DNA of 64,000 nucleotides. Source: Mobula hypostoma. Taxonomy: Eukaryota. Positions 1-12,809 of this stretch are shown here, piece after piece. Under the pieces are notes generated by a model, which did not search any database, had not been told where the DNA came from, and saw nothing but the letters and a program-made list of their open reading frames with translations. The position numbers were made by a program, and so were the translations under genes. Each line of letters starts with the position of its first letter. The first letter of the stretch is position 1. The stretch spans positions 243,166,001-243,230,000 of the forward strand of contig NC_086097.1 of assembly GCF_963921235.1 (NCBI RefSeq), read 5' to 3'.

Positions 1-879
1 ACCCTGTATCTCTTTCACCAGTCAACTACCCAGCTCTTTACTTTTCCCCTCCCCTTCCCAGTGTCACCTATCACCTTGCGTTTCTCCCTCCCCTCCCCCC
101 ACCTCCTCAACTTTTTGTCTCCAGTCCTGCTGAAGTCTCTTGGCCCAAAACGTCATCTGTACACTTTTCCATAAATGCTGCCTAGCCTGCTGAGTTCCTC
201 CAGCATTTTGTGCATGTTGAATGCAATTTTCCCACCTTTTTTTCTGAATTTCTCACATCTAAAACACCAAAATGCTGGAGTTTTGAGCTGCCAGTCCTGT
301 GCCCAATGTACTCTCCATTTTTTTTTATATATATATACAGGTGCATGAACCAATCATTGCACTGAGCAGAACATTTTTATATGGCCTGAAAACTGCGGAA
401 CTCCAATTTTTTTTTGTAATTTGCATACTGTAAATACTTAGAATGAAAATTGAAAAATCACATAGTTTGGATTTTATTTATTAATGGAAGGGTATAAGTA
501 CAACAAAGAAAATCTTTCATGTTTTGTAAACTTTTTCTAACTGCATCCAATCCCAGCTGCAAGGCAACAATGGCTATGTGCACGGGAGCATTTCAGTTAT
601 TCCGCGGCTGTGCACCTGCGCAGCTTAGAGTAAAAAGTGTCTGTCCCTCTTAACACCAGTTTCCTTAATAGCCACATACACCTTAAACATATTGACCCTC
701 ATAACAATGTTACTAGTTTCAGTGAAGGTCAACCTTTGATTTCTGACTGAGTGGATAGTGCTGACTCACATTCACCACAACTCTGAACTCATCTCCAACC
801 TATAGACTCAGACTCTGGTTCTGAGTATTAATTTTTAAAATTTACACTATTTGTTTTCTGTTTCACATTCATTGTTGCT

Positions 880-2065
880 CAGCCTTTCCCATTGCTGCCC
901 CAAGAAAGCAGCATCCATCAGCATGCACCCCCACCATCTAAGTCATGCTCTCTTCTCGTTATTACCATTGGCAGGACGTGCAGGAAAGTTAGGTCCCACA
1001 CCATCAGGTTCAGGAACTGTTATTACCCCACAACTACCAGGATCCTGAAACAATTGGACAACTTTACATATTTCAACACTGAACTGATTCTACAACCTAT
1101 AGACTCTCAAGATCTCTTTACAACTCGTTCTCGGTATTATTTCTCTAACTTGCACAATTGGTCTTTTCTTGCACATTGGTTGTTTGTCTGACTTTATTTA
1201 TGAATAGCTTTTCATGAATTCTATTGTATTTCTTTCTTTTCCTGAAAATTCCGACAAGAAAGTGAATCACACCAGAGGATCAGAGGTGGAGAGGGTCAGC
1301 AACTTTAAATTCCTCGGTGTTATCATTCTTCGATCTGTCATGGGGCCAATATGCAAGTGCCATCACAAAAAAGTATGGCAGACCTCTACTTCCTTAGAAG
1401 TTTGCAAAGATTCGGCATGGCATCTAAAACTTCGACCAACTTCGACAGATGTGTGGTGGAGAGTATATTAACTGGTTGCATCACAGCCTGATATGAAAAC
1501 ACCAATGCCCTTGAATGAAATTCCAATAAAAAGTAGTGGATATGGCCTAGTCCTTCAAGGGTAAAGTCTTCCCCAACATTGAGTACATCAACTGGAACGT
1601 TGTCGCAGGAAAGCAGCATCCATCAGCAATGACCCTCACCACTATCTTCTCACTGCTGTCATCAGGAAGGAGGTACAAGAGTCTCAGGACTCACAGTACA
1701 AGGTTCAGGCACAGTTATTACCCTCAACCATCAGGCTCTTGAACCAGAGGGGATAACTTCACTCAACATCACTTGCCCCATCGCTGAACTGTTCTCACAA
1801 CCCATGGGCTCACTTTCCAGGACTCGTCATCTCACATTCTCAATATTTATTTTATTTATTTATTTTTTATTATTATTAATAGTGGTATTATTTCTTTTTT
1901 TACTTTGTATTTGCACATAGATTGTTTGTCTGTTCTGTTGGGTGTGGTCTTTCATGGATGCTATTGTGTTTCTTTTATTTACTATGCATGCCTGCAAGAA
2001 AATGAATCTCAGGTTATATCTGGTGACATATATGTACTTTGATAATACAAATACTTTGAACTTTG
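880..2065 (+). mobile_element. Two degraded 3' ends of a Rex1/Babar-like LINE family (other copies about 11090-11630 -, 47600-48090 +, 54840-55470 +, 55750-56120 -, 59850-60900 -)
   Basis: Recurrent KAASI.KDPHHP.HALFSLL.SGRRYRS motif and a shared 3' UTR ending tactttgaactttg. The clade assignment is from memory of the motif only. Confidence 0.6.
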
Positions 2066-3029
2066 TACTTTTAACTCTTGGTAGTTTATGGTATCACATG
2101 CACACTTTGATAATAAAGTTTACTTTCAACTGTATTTCTCTCAAATTGACAAAAAAAGAGTTTCAGTCATTCACGGTAGGGCTCACTTTCATGAGATTAT
2201 TGATTAGGCCCTGTGTTCTCGCACAATACTAGGTCTAAAATAACCTTAGTTGATTCCCTACATATTGCTTGTGAAAGCCTTTCTTAAAACTGTTCTTGTT
2301 TCTCCTATCTGAATTGAATAGACTGTATGAACAATATTTTGGCTCAATGGTTATTCCATTAATCATGTAATAAGATCTCCTTTTTTCTTAATTAATTCTC
2401 TGCTTAAATGTTCTCTTTTGGGCTTACGGGCTTAATCAGTGTTGCCATCTGTGACTGTTCTCTGTCTAATCAGTTTCTGCTGTCTCCACTCATGCTCTCA
2501 TTATCTAACGCAGTCACTTCAAAAGCAATAACTGAGATGGGGCATCTTCCCCCTTCCTCAGTCCTGATGAAGGGTCTCGGCTTGAAATGTCGCCTGTTTA
2601 CTCTTTTCCGTAGGTCCTGCCTGACCTGCTGAGCTCACTCCTCCAGCTTTTTGTCTGTGTAGCTGAGAAAATACCTCATATATCGAACAAGGCTGCCACC
2701 ACAAGTTCATATTTTCCTTCATAACAATGTCACTAGCTTCAGTTAAATTCAGATCTCTGATTTCAGATGGAGCTGTATTCCTTTCAAATTGACTAAAATT
2801 TCAGCCCTTTTCTCTTACCATGAGATTATTGATTAAAACTATAAGATTAGGGGAAGAATTGGGCCATTTGAGTCTGCTCTGCCATTCCATCAAGGCTGAC
2901 TTATTATGTGATATCCCTAATGCGCCACAGTCCTGAGGAGCCATTGGATTGCCTCGAGAGAGAGTTTCAAAGAAGCAAGCGGGGACAGTCAGCAGTCTGG
3001 TCTGTGGTTTCAGATTACAAAGTGAAGAA

Positions 3030-3765
3030 AGGTTCATTTTGATGGTGTTTGAATGGATCTGGCAAGTACGGATTGGGACAGGCTGTTTTATGGCAAAAGT
3101 GTAATTGGTAAGTGGGAGGCCTTTGAAAGTGAAAATTCAAAGTTTGTATGTTCCTGTCGGAATAAAAGGCAAGGATAATAGGTTTATGGAACTTTGGTTT
3201 TTGAAAGATATGTGGCCCTGGTTAAGAAAAAGGAGGTTCACAGCAGGGATAGGCAGGCAAGAGCAAATGAGGTACATGAAGGATATAAAAATACAAGAGA
3301 ACTCTTAAGAATGAAGTCAGGAGGGCTTAAAGAAGACGTGAGGTTGCTCTAGCAGACAGGGTGAAGGAGAATACTAAGGGCTCTGCAGAGACTGTATATT
3401 AAGAGCAAAAGGATAGGAAGGGGCAAAGTAGGTCCTCTGGAAACCGAGGGACAGATCTTAAATGGATTTTATTTTTGCATCTGTAATTACTCGGGAGGTG
3501 GACACGAAGCCAATAGATACGAGGCAATGCAGCTTAGGCCATGGATCCTGTACAGATTACAGAGGAGGATTTGTTTGCTGTCTTGAGGCAAATTATGGTG
3601 GGTAAATCCCCAGAGTCTGACATGCTGTTTCCTCGGACAAAAACCGCAGGGGCACTGGCAGAGATATTTAAATCATCCTTAGCCACAGGTGAGGTACCAG
3701 AGGATTGGAGGACAACTAATGTAGTTCTGTAGTTTAAAAAAGGCTGTAGGAGCAAGCTAGGAATT
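3030..3765 (+). mobile_element. Degraded CR1 ORF2 fragment
   Basis: Remnants KSP...ALAEIFKSSLATGEVPEDWRTTNVV with stops and frameshifts. Confidence 0.75.
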
Positions 3766-5738
3766 TGTGATTATGAATCACCTCTGTCTGTGAGGAATTT
3801 GAATGTTCTCCCTGTAGGAAGCCATATATTCTGTGTTGTGCATTTACTATGTTTATTACGGTAAATAGTCACATTAGTGGGGGCATGGTAAAAGCAACGG
3901 GAATAAGTTTCATATCCTTGCTTGTTTCATGGCAGTTTGTAGCTTGGGACAAACCTTTGCTGGCCACTTGATATCACTTCAAGATTGTATGTTCCCTAAG
4001 TGCTAATAAAGGAACAAAATAAGAAATTTGACTTTTGGAGCTTCACTTTCATTGGAGCTGCTGGTGTGTCACACATTTAACAACTCCCGCTGGGGTCAAG
4101 ACAATAATTGATTTTGGCTCAATTTTTTTGTGGCTGCAGTCCCTGTGACCACATGTTTCCTTCGTATGAACAATAAAATGCTCAATGATTATTGCATTAG
4201 TCATGTATTAAGATCTCCTTATTTTTAAATTAATTCTCTCCTTAAATGTTCTGTTTTTGCTTTGGGGCTTATACATTATTACTATCTATGATTGTTATCT
4301 CTCTGATCTTTATCTACAAGCGGTGTGTAGGAGCTTAATTTCAACATTTAAGAGAAGTTTGGATGGAGCAGGGATGGTAGGCCTGTAGGGGGTTGGATAG
4401 TGTAGGGGGAGGTCAAAGGAAATAGACAGTTTAAATGGTTCAGCACAGACTAGATGAGCCCAATGGCCTGTTTCGGCATCGTACTTCTCGATGACTCTAG
4501 GTTGCTGGGGTAGAGATGGAAGAAATGAAGTCTGTAAAAGGTTCATTTTGCTTGTTTTTAATGAAATGCTTTCTAGTCTCCTGTGTTGAATAAATATACA
4601 TCTTCTCAATCCAAGAAACTGCAAATATTCATGTCAATAGATATTGATATTATAATATCAACAGATATTATATTGCAGATAAACATTACCATTATATAAA
4701 TAAACTAATAAATCTAAATCATCATATAAAATTGAAAGACATAAAACCTTTGCCTGAATTTAGAATGTCTTACAACCTTAGGAAAGGCAGAGAGACCAAA
4801 GCCAATAGAGTCTGAATGAGTACTCACTGTTTTATGGCAGGAAACACAACAGTCAGTTCCTGCCTAGCCAACTCTAACAAACATCAATCATATAATGATC
4901 ACACCATCATTTTTAGTGCTACATTTCTGTGTATTCTGTATCTGTGACAAATACATTAGAGGCTTTTAAGAGCTGTTTGGATAGGCACATAGATGTGAGG
5001 AAGATGGAGGGACATGGACATGGTGTAGGTCGGAGGGATTAGTGTTTGGGTGTTTCTGATTTGCTTTTTAGTTGGTACAGCACAATATTGTGAGCTGAAT
5101 GGCCTGTTTCTGTGCTGTACTCTTCTATACTCTATAATGTGACGAGCATACACATAAAATTAAGATGTTTCCTGGCCTAGGTTAGCATCAGTGACATCAG
5201 CCACCTGCCCTCAGGGGAAGGAGAGATAAAGAACAATGGAGCAGCGTCTGGAGATGTGTAATGAAGGGACGTGGGAGAGAGAGCTGTCTGGAGCGGCTCC
5301 CCCTTTGAACCCTGAACTGTTTGAAGTGATGGACAGGCGATACCCCAGCAGGGGGATAAAAAGGGATCAGTTCGCTAAGGCAACACACACGCCACCCGAG
5401 GTAACGAGACCCTGGAAGCGGTACGCTTCTCACGAGTCGGTGGGAAGTACCAGACAACGCCCAGGGTGGAAAGGTACGATCAGCGGGAACCCGGTGTGTG
5501 CCCGCCCTTGCCTGGGTGCCGGGTTCACTGCAGAAGATCGACCGCATCTGGAGGAGGGGTCACAGTCGGTGACCTCAGGTGACATCACCAAGGACCCGCC
5601 CAAAAGCTGCTTGTGAGCCATCTCGCCGGTCTGTGAGTGAAGCCGTGCTGAATGATCAGTTATTCCTGTTTTCTCTCTCTCTCTCCCCCCACGTTGTCCA
5701 TCGCCATGGCAACGATTACTGCGAACTGAACTACTAAC

Positions 5739-6048
5739 TCCAGAACGAGGGGTCACAGTTTGAGGATAGAGGGGAAGCCTTTTAGGACCGAGATTAGGAA
5801 AAACTTCTTCACACAGAGAGTGGTGAATCTGTGGAATTCTCTGCCACAGCAAACTGTTGAGGCCAGTTCATTAGCTATGTTTAAAAGGAAGTTAGATATG
5901 GCCCTTGTGGCTACAGGGGTCAGGGGGTATGGAGGGAAGGCTGGGTTCTGAGTTGGATGATCAGCCATGATCATAATAAATGGCGGTGCAGGCTCGAAGG
6001 GCCGAATGGCCTACTCCTGCACCTATTTTCTATGTTTCTATGTTTCTA
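5739..6048 (+). mobile_element. Short 5'-truncated CR1 LINE 3' end
   Basis: Near-identical to the 3' ends of the CR1 copies ending at 9516 and 29358; (TTTCTATG)n tail. Confidence 0.9.
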
Positions 6049-6191
6049 AACTGGACTGAACTTTGAGTCACTTTGAAATTTGGTCATTTACCCCTAGACA
6101 ACGATAGAGCTTGATTGATGCTGTTATCTTAATTCTGTGCACATGTGTGGTTATCATTGCTGAACTGTAGCATTTATTATCCTTTCGATTA

Positions 6192-9100
6192 TCCTTTGGA
6201 GGTGACAGTTTACCGGGGGGAAGCGACAGTGGCCCTGCCTCCGGCACAGAGTCTGGCCCTGTAGCTCAGAAGGGTAGGGCAAGGAAGAGGAGGGCAGTTG
6301 TGATAGGGGACTCGATAGTAAGGGGGTCAGATAGGCGATTCTGTGGACGCAGTCCAGAGACCCGGATGGTAGTTTGCCTCCCTGGTGCCAGGGTCCGGGA
6401 TATTTCTGATCGTGTCCAAGATATCCTGAAGTGGGAGGGTGAGGAGCCAGAGGTCGTGGTACATATAGGTACCAATGACATAGGTAGGAAAAGGGATGAG
6501 GTCCTGAAAGAAGAATATAGGGAGCTAGGAAGGGAGTTGAGAAAAAGGACCGCAAAGGTAGTAATCTCGGGATTACTGCCTGTGCCACGCGACAGTGAGA
6601 GTAGGAATGCGATGAGGTGGAGGATAAATGCGTGGCTGAGGGAGTGGAGCAGGGGGCAGGGATTCAAGTTTTTGGATCATTGGGACCTCTTTTGGTGCAG
6701 GCGTGACCTGTACAAAAAGGACGGGTTACACTTGAATCCTAGGGGGACAATATCCTGGCAGGGAGATTAGCGGGGGCGACTGAGGTGACTTTAAACTAGA
6801 ATGGTTGGGGGGTGGGCATCAAATTAAAGAGGCTAGGCGTGAGGAGGTTAGTTCACAACAGAGGGATGGGAACCAGTGCAGAGAGACAGAGGGGTGTAAA
6901 GTGAGCGTAGAAGCAAAAAGTACAAAGGAGAAAAGTAAAAGTGGCAGGCCGACAAATCCAGGGCAAGCATTAAAAAGGGCTAAGAGAGTTGTAAAAGAGC
7001 GCCTGAAGGCTTTATGTGTCAATGCAAGGAGCATTCGTAATAAGGTGGATGAATTGGAAGTGCAGATTGTTATTAATGATTATGATATAGTTGGGATCAC
7101 AGAGACATGGCTCCAGGGTGACCAGGGATGGGAGCTCAACGTTCAGGGATATTCAATATTCAGGAGGGATAGACATGAAGGAAGGGGAGGTGGGGTGGCG
7201 TTGCTGGTTAAAAAAGAGATTAACGCAATAGAAAGGAAGGACATAACCCGGGAAGATGTGGAATCGATATGGGTAGAGCTGCGTAACACTAAGGGGCAGA
7301 AGACGCTGGTGGGAGTTGTGTACAGGCCACCTAACAGTAGTAGTGAGGTCGGAGATGGTATTAAACAGGAAATTAGAAATGTGTGCAATAAAGGAACAGC
7401 AGTTATAATGGGTGACTTCAATCTACATGTAGACTGGGTGAACCAAATTGGTAAAGGTGCTGAGGAAGAGGATTTCTTGGAATGTATGCGGGATGGTTTT
7501 TTGAACCAACATGTCGAGGAACCAACTAGAGAGCAGGCTATTCTGGACTGGGTTTTGAGCAATGAGGAAGGGTTAATTAGCGATCTTGTCGTGAGAGGCC
7601 CCTTGGGTAAGAGTGACCATAATATGGTGGAATTCTTCATTAAGATGGAGAGTGACATAGTTAATTCAGAAACAAAGGTTCTGAACTTAAAGAGGGGTAA
7701 CTTTGAAGGTATGAGACGTGAATTAGCTAAGATAGACTGGCAAATGACACTTAAAGGATTGACGGTGGATATGCAATGGCAAGCATTTAAAGGTTGCATG
7801 GATAAACTACAACAATTGTTCATCCCAGTTTGGCAAAAGAATAAATCAAGGAAGGTAGTGCACCCGTGGCTGACAAGAGAAATTAGGGATAGTATCAATT
7901 CCAAAGAAGTAGCATACAAATTAGCCAGAGAAAGTGGCTCACCTGAGGACTGGGAGAAATTCAGAGTTCAGCAGAGGAGGACAAAGGGCTTAATTAGGAA
8001 GGGGAAAAAAGATTATGAGAGAAAACTGGCAGAGAACATAAAAACGGACTGTAAAAGCTTTTATAGATATGTAAAAAGGAAAAGACTGATAAAGACAAAT
8101 GTAGGTCCCCTGCAGACAGAAACAGGTGAATTGATTATGGGGAGCAAGGACATGGCAGACCAATTGAATAATTACTTTGGTTCTGTCTTCACTAAGGAGG
8201 ACATAAATAATCTTCCAGAAATAGTAAGGGACAGAGGGTCCAGTGAGATGGAGGAACTGAGTGAAATACATGTTAGTAGGGAAGTGGTGTTAGGTAAATT
8301 GAAGGGATTGAAGGCAGATAAATCCCCAGGGCCAGATGGTCTGCATCCTAGAGTGCACACAGGAGATTAGTGTGCAAAATTAAAGCACACGGTATTTGGG
8401 GTAAGGTATTGGTGAGGGTGGAGAATTGGTTGGCAGACAGGAAGCAAAGAGTGGGAATAAACGGGACCTTTTCAGAATGGCAGGCGGTGACTAGTGGGGT
8501 ACCGCAAGGCTCAGTGCTGGGACCCCAGTTGTTTACAATATGTATTAATGACTTGGATGAGGGAATTAAATGCAGCATCTCCAAGCTTGCGGATGACACG
8601 AAGCTGGGTGGCAGTGTTAGCTGTGAGGAGGATGCTAAGAGGATGCAGGGTGACTTGGATAGGTTGGGTGAGTGGGCAAATTCATGGCAGATGCAATTTA
8701 ATGTGGATAAATGTGAGGTTATCCACTTTGGTGGCAAAAATAGGAAAACAGATTATTATCTGAATGGTGGCCAATTAGGAAAAGGGGAGGTGCAACGAGA
8801 CCTGGGTGTCATTATACACCAGTCATTGAAAGTGGGCATGCAGGTACAGCAGGCGGTTAAAAAGGCGAATGGTATGCTGGCATTTATAGCGATAGGATTC
8901 GAGTACAGGAGCAGGGAGGTACTACTGCAGTTGTACAAGGCCTTGGTGAGACCACACCTGGAGTATTGTGTGCAGTTTTGGTCCCCTAATCTGAGGAAAG
9001 ACATCTTTGCCATAGAGGGAGTACAAAGAAGGTTCACCAGATTGATTCCTGGGATGGCAGGTCTTTCATATGAAGAAAGACTGGATGAACTGGGCTTGTA

Positions 9101-9516
9101 CTCGTTGGAATTTAGAAGATTGAGGGGGGATCTGATTGAAACGTATAAGATCCTAAAGGGATTGGACAGGCTAGATGCGGGAAGATTGTTCCCGATGTTG
9201 GGGAGGTCCAGAACGAGGGGTCACAGTTTGAGGATAGAGGGGAAGCCTTTTAGGACCGAGATTAGGAAAAACTTCTTCACACAGAGAGTGGTGAATCTGT
9301 GGAATTCTCTGCCACAGCAAACTGTTGAGGCCAGTTCATTAGCTATGTTTAAAAGGAAGTTAGATATGGCCCTTGTGGCTACAGGGGTCGGGGGTATGGA
9401 GGGAAGACTGGGTTCTGAGTTGGATGATCAGCCATGATCATAATAAATGGCGGTGCAGGCTCGAAGGGCCGAATGGCCTACTCCTGCACCTATTTTCTAA
9501 GTTTCTAAGTTTCTAA
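6192..9516 (+). mobile_element. CR1 LINE copy 1: ORF1 SGNH-esterase portion plus ORF2 (APE endonuclease, RT with 385-nt internal deletion)
   Basis: ORF1 motifs IGDSIV / GTND / DGLH. ORF2 motifs NARS, ITETW, VYRPP, GDFN, SDH, then GVPQGSVLGP and LADD. Tail (TTTCTAAG)n; GATTA repeated at both ends. Confidence 0.95.
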
Positions 9517-9768
9517 GATTACTGTGTTGCTTGTTTCTTTAATAAAACTTTCTTAGTTCTAGTACTCCAGACTCCAACTGAGTGATCCATTTCTGCTGGT
9601 TTGGCAACCCAGTTACGGGGTACGTAACAATAAATAAAGGACAACATTATCTCTATTGTCTTAGTTGCAAATGGCAAGTTTTACTCTGTCTTTATCAACA
9701 TTATTTATGGGTAACAATGATGATCCGTATTTCCGCTAAATTAGCTCAAACTATAACCACAACATATA

Positions 9769-9774
9769 TTTATT
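9769..9774 (-). terminator. Candidate polyadenylation signal AATAAA of the decoy-receptor gene
   Basis: tttatt on the + strand, about 285 nt downstream of the stop codon, in unique sequence. Confidence 0.45.
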
Positions 9775-10056
9775 CTTGGTTAATTTAACACCATTGCACA
9801 TTGACCACTCATTGCTCAACACTGGATTAATTGTTGTCTACTTTCTGTTAACTTGTCTGCCTACTCTTAAATGATAACCAAATAGTCCCCACAATTCTAC
9901 AATCCTGGAAACATTCACAACTTTATCATACTTTATAAGTTTTGAACAGACTGACTCAAATGATGACTCATTTTTGACTAGAAAAGTTGCTTGGGAAAAA
10001 TAAAATGAGGAAGGAATACAAGCAATGGGCTTTTAAAACAGTTACTAGAACTGCAT

Positions 10057-10382
10057 TCATATTTCCTTCTTCCCTAATATTCTGGGGAAGCAGTCTGTAC
10101 TGCTTCCATTTTTGAGGAACTTTTTTGCAACTTTTCTTGCAATTTTATTGAGTTTAACTTTCCTCAGAACTTTCACTAAGTCCTCTGCAGATATGTTTGC
10201 GCCACGACGCATCTTCCATTTTTTAATTAAAGGCAAAATCTGCTGTTTATCTTGTTTTATTTGCAGGATGTCATCTTGTGTTGAGTCGGTGAGTGCCTTT
10301 CTGAGCTGCAGTAATTTCTTTTGCTTGATATTCTGCCGTGCCACAAAATGAAAAAGAGCTTCTTCACACACCGAAATACCCC
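10057..10382 (-). CDS. TNFRSF6B: TNFRSF6B/DcR3-like decoy receptor, last exon (single basic helical C-terminal domain)
   Basis: Acceptor ttttttatccag|GG (phase 1); TGA at 10059-10057. CEEALFHFVARQNIKQKKLLQLRKAL...LVKVLRKVKLNKIARKVAKKFL resembles the DcR3 C-terminus. There is no transmembrane segment and only one C-terminal helical domain (OPG has two). Confidence 0.88.
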
Positions 10383-12809
10383 CTGGATAAAAAAGTACAA
10401 ACATGTTTTCTTGATATTATGTTTTCCAAATTAAAGATCTTTCACCAGATCAGCAAAGAAATATCAGTTACAAAATTACAAAACAAATGATTTCCTGTTA
10501 TTAACACAGGAGATCCTGCAGATACTGGAAATCCAGAATAATAAATATGCATAAAATGCTGTAGGAACTCAGCTGGTCAGACAACGCTGAGGCCTTTTAT
10601 TCTTATTCATAGACGCTGCCTGATCTGTTGAGTTCCTCCAGCAATTTGAGTATCCTGTTCTTAGTGTCCCTTGGTCATGAGCAAAACTAATATGTACTCT
10701 GGATCAAGTATGTTTAATTTCTGTCTAAGGTCTGGTACTGGTGGCAAATGATGATTACTGCTATCCCTCCACCTGCGATTATCTTACAGAAACATAAGCA
10801 CCAAGTAAAAGTCAAAGTCAGCTTTATAATCAAAGTGTGCACTTGGCACCATATACTACGTTGAGATTCATTTTCTTACAGAAAAATAAAAAAAAATATG
10901 ATAGAAGTTACATAAAACTATACATAAACAAAGACTGACATATAACCAACGTGCACGACATAAATAATAAATAATACCGAGGACATGAGAAGATCCTCAC
11001 CCCCCCCAGGCTATGCTCTTTTCTCATATGGTATCTCATATGGTATTTGGTGATACGTATGTACTCTGATCATAAAATTTACATTGAACTTCAAAGAGTC
11101 CTTAGAAGTGAATCTATAGGTTGTAGAATCTGTTTGCAATTGAAGTGAGTAAAGTTATTTATCCACACCATATCAGGAGTCCGATAGTTATTTGGTAATT
11201 GTGGCAGTAATGCACCATTAAGCTGGGTGCCAACCGCCATAAAACAAGATGAAGAAGAAGAAGAAAAAGAGTTATTTGGTAATAACCATCCTGAACATGT
11301 TGGCATGGGACAAAGGCTTCTGTACCTCCAACCTGAAGGTTGTAGCAAGAAGAGTGTGTAGCCTGGTTGGCTGGGTTCCTTGATGATGAAAGTGACACCA
11401 CTCTGTATAGATGTGCTCAAAGGTGAGGAGGGCTTTGTCTGTTTTGGATTAGACTGTATCCACTACTTTATGTAGCCTTTCCCATTCTTGGGCATTGGTG
11501 TTTCCATACCAGGCCATGATGCAACCAGTCAGTATATTCTCCACTGTGTATCGAAAGATGTTTGTCAAAGTTTTTGGTGGCACATATTTCTAAGAAAGTA
11601 GAGACACTGTCATGACTTCTTTGTGATAGCAAGGATGTCGCTGAGACTTGAGGATCCGAGTTATAGGGAAAGGGTTGAATATGTTACAACTTTATTCCCT
11701 GGAGTTTAAGGGAAGATTTGATAGATGTATACAAAACTATGAGGGGTATAGATAGGATAAATGCAAGCAGGCATTTTTCAGTGAGGTTGGGTGCGACTAG
11801 TACAAGAGGTCATGGATCGATGGTGAAAGGTGAAATGTTTAAGGGGAATATGAGGAGAAAATTCTTCACTCAAAGGGTGGTGAGTGTGTGTAATGAGCTG
11901 CCAGTGGAAGTGATGGATGTGGGACCAAATTCAATCGTTAAGAGAAGTTTATATAAATACATGGATGGGAAGGGTATCCCATAAGACCATAAGGCAGAGA
12001 AGAATTTGACCATTTAGTCTATTGAGTCTTCTCCACCATTCCATCATTCCACCATTCCACCTTTCTATTCTGAGGCTGTGCCACCTTCTCCTAGACTCCC
12101 CCATTATCAGAAATATCCTTTGCATACTCACTGTATCTGGGCCTTTCAATATTCGATAGGTTTCAATGAGATTACCCCTCCTCCCCATTCTTTTAAACTC
12201 CAGTGAGTACAGGCTGAGACCTCTCAAATGCTCCTTCTGAAAATCCAGGTAAACAACATCCACTGGTACCTTCTCTAAGACCAGAGGAGGTATCAGCCTC
12301 AGAATAGAGGGGTGTCCTTTTAGAACAGAGATGAGAGGAAGAATTCCTTTAGTCAGAGAGTGGTAAATCTGTGGAATTCTTTACCACAGGCAGCTGTGGA
12401 GGTCATGTCTTTGTGTACATTTAAGATAGAGGTTGATAGATTCTTGATTGGCATGAAAGGGTATAGGGAGAAGGCAGGAGATTGGACCTGAGAGAAAAAT
12501 TGGATCAGCCATGATGAAATGGTAGAGCAGACTCAATTGGCCAAATGACCAAATTGTGCTCCTGTACCTTATGGTCTTATGGTCTATATGCACTTTGACA
12601 ATAAATTTACTTTCAACCTTAATCCTGCACAACTTTGAGATATCGGAGGAAACCAGAACAAAAGAGACAGTGTTTGAGACAGCTGTCAGTGATAACTTGA
12701 AATGGAAATCATCAAAAGACCTGAGGAACCAAAGAACAGGTGGTGTTAATTGGGTTCCCACCTCCGCCTGTAAGGAGTTTCTATGTTTTACCTGTGACTG
12801 TGTGGGTTT

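Larger units (their letters stand above)
5138..9629 (+). mobile_element. Solo LTR (Gypsy-like) interrupted by two CR1 insertions
   Basis: Starts TGTGAC and ends GTAACA, flanked by a 4-bp TSD ATAA (5134-5137, 9630-9633), with an internal AATAAA. A related LTR fragment lies at about 33613-34227 and ends ggggtgcgtgaca. Confidence 0.8.

Noticed and set aside
6300..6770. SGNH/GDSL esterase ORF as a host or horizontally acquired enzyme
   Set aside because: It is the known esterase domain of CR1 ORF1 and sits directly upstream of CR1 ORF2.
7143..7919. Long antisense ORFs over the CR1 copies (also 26806-27498, 30138-30542)
   Set aside because: Shadows of the LINE coding strand with no recognisable domains.
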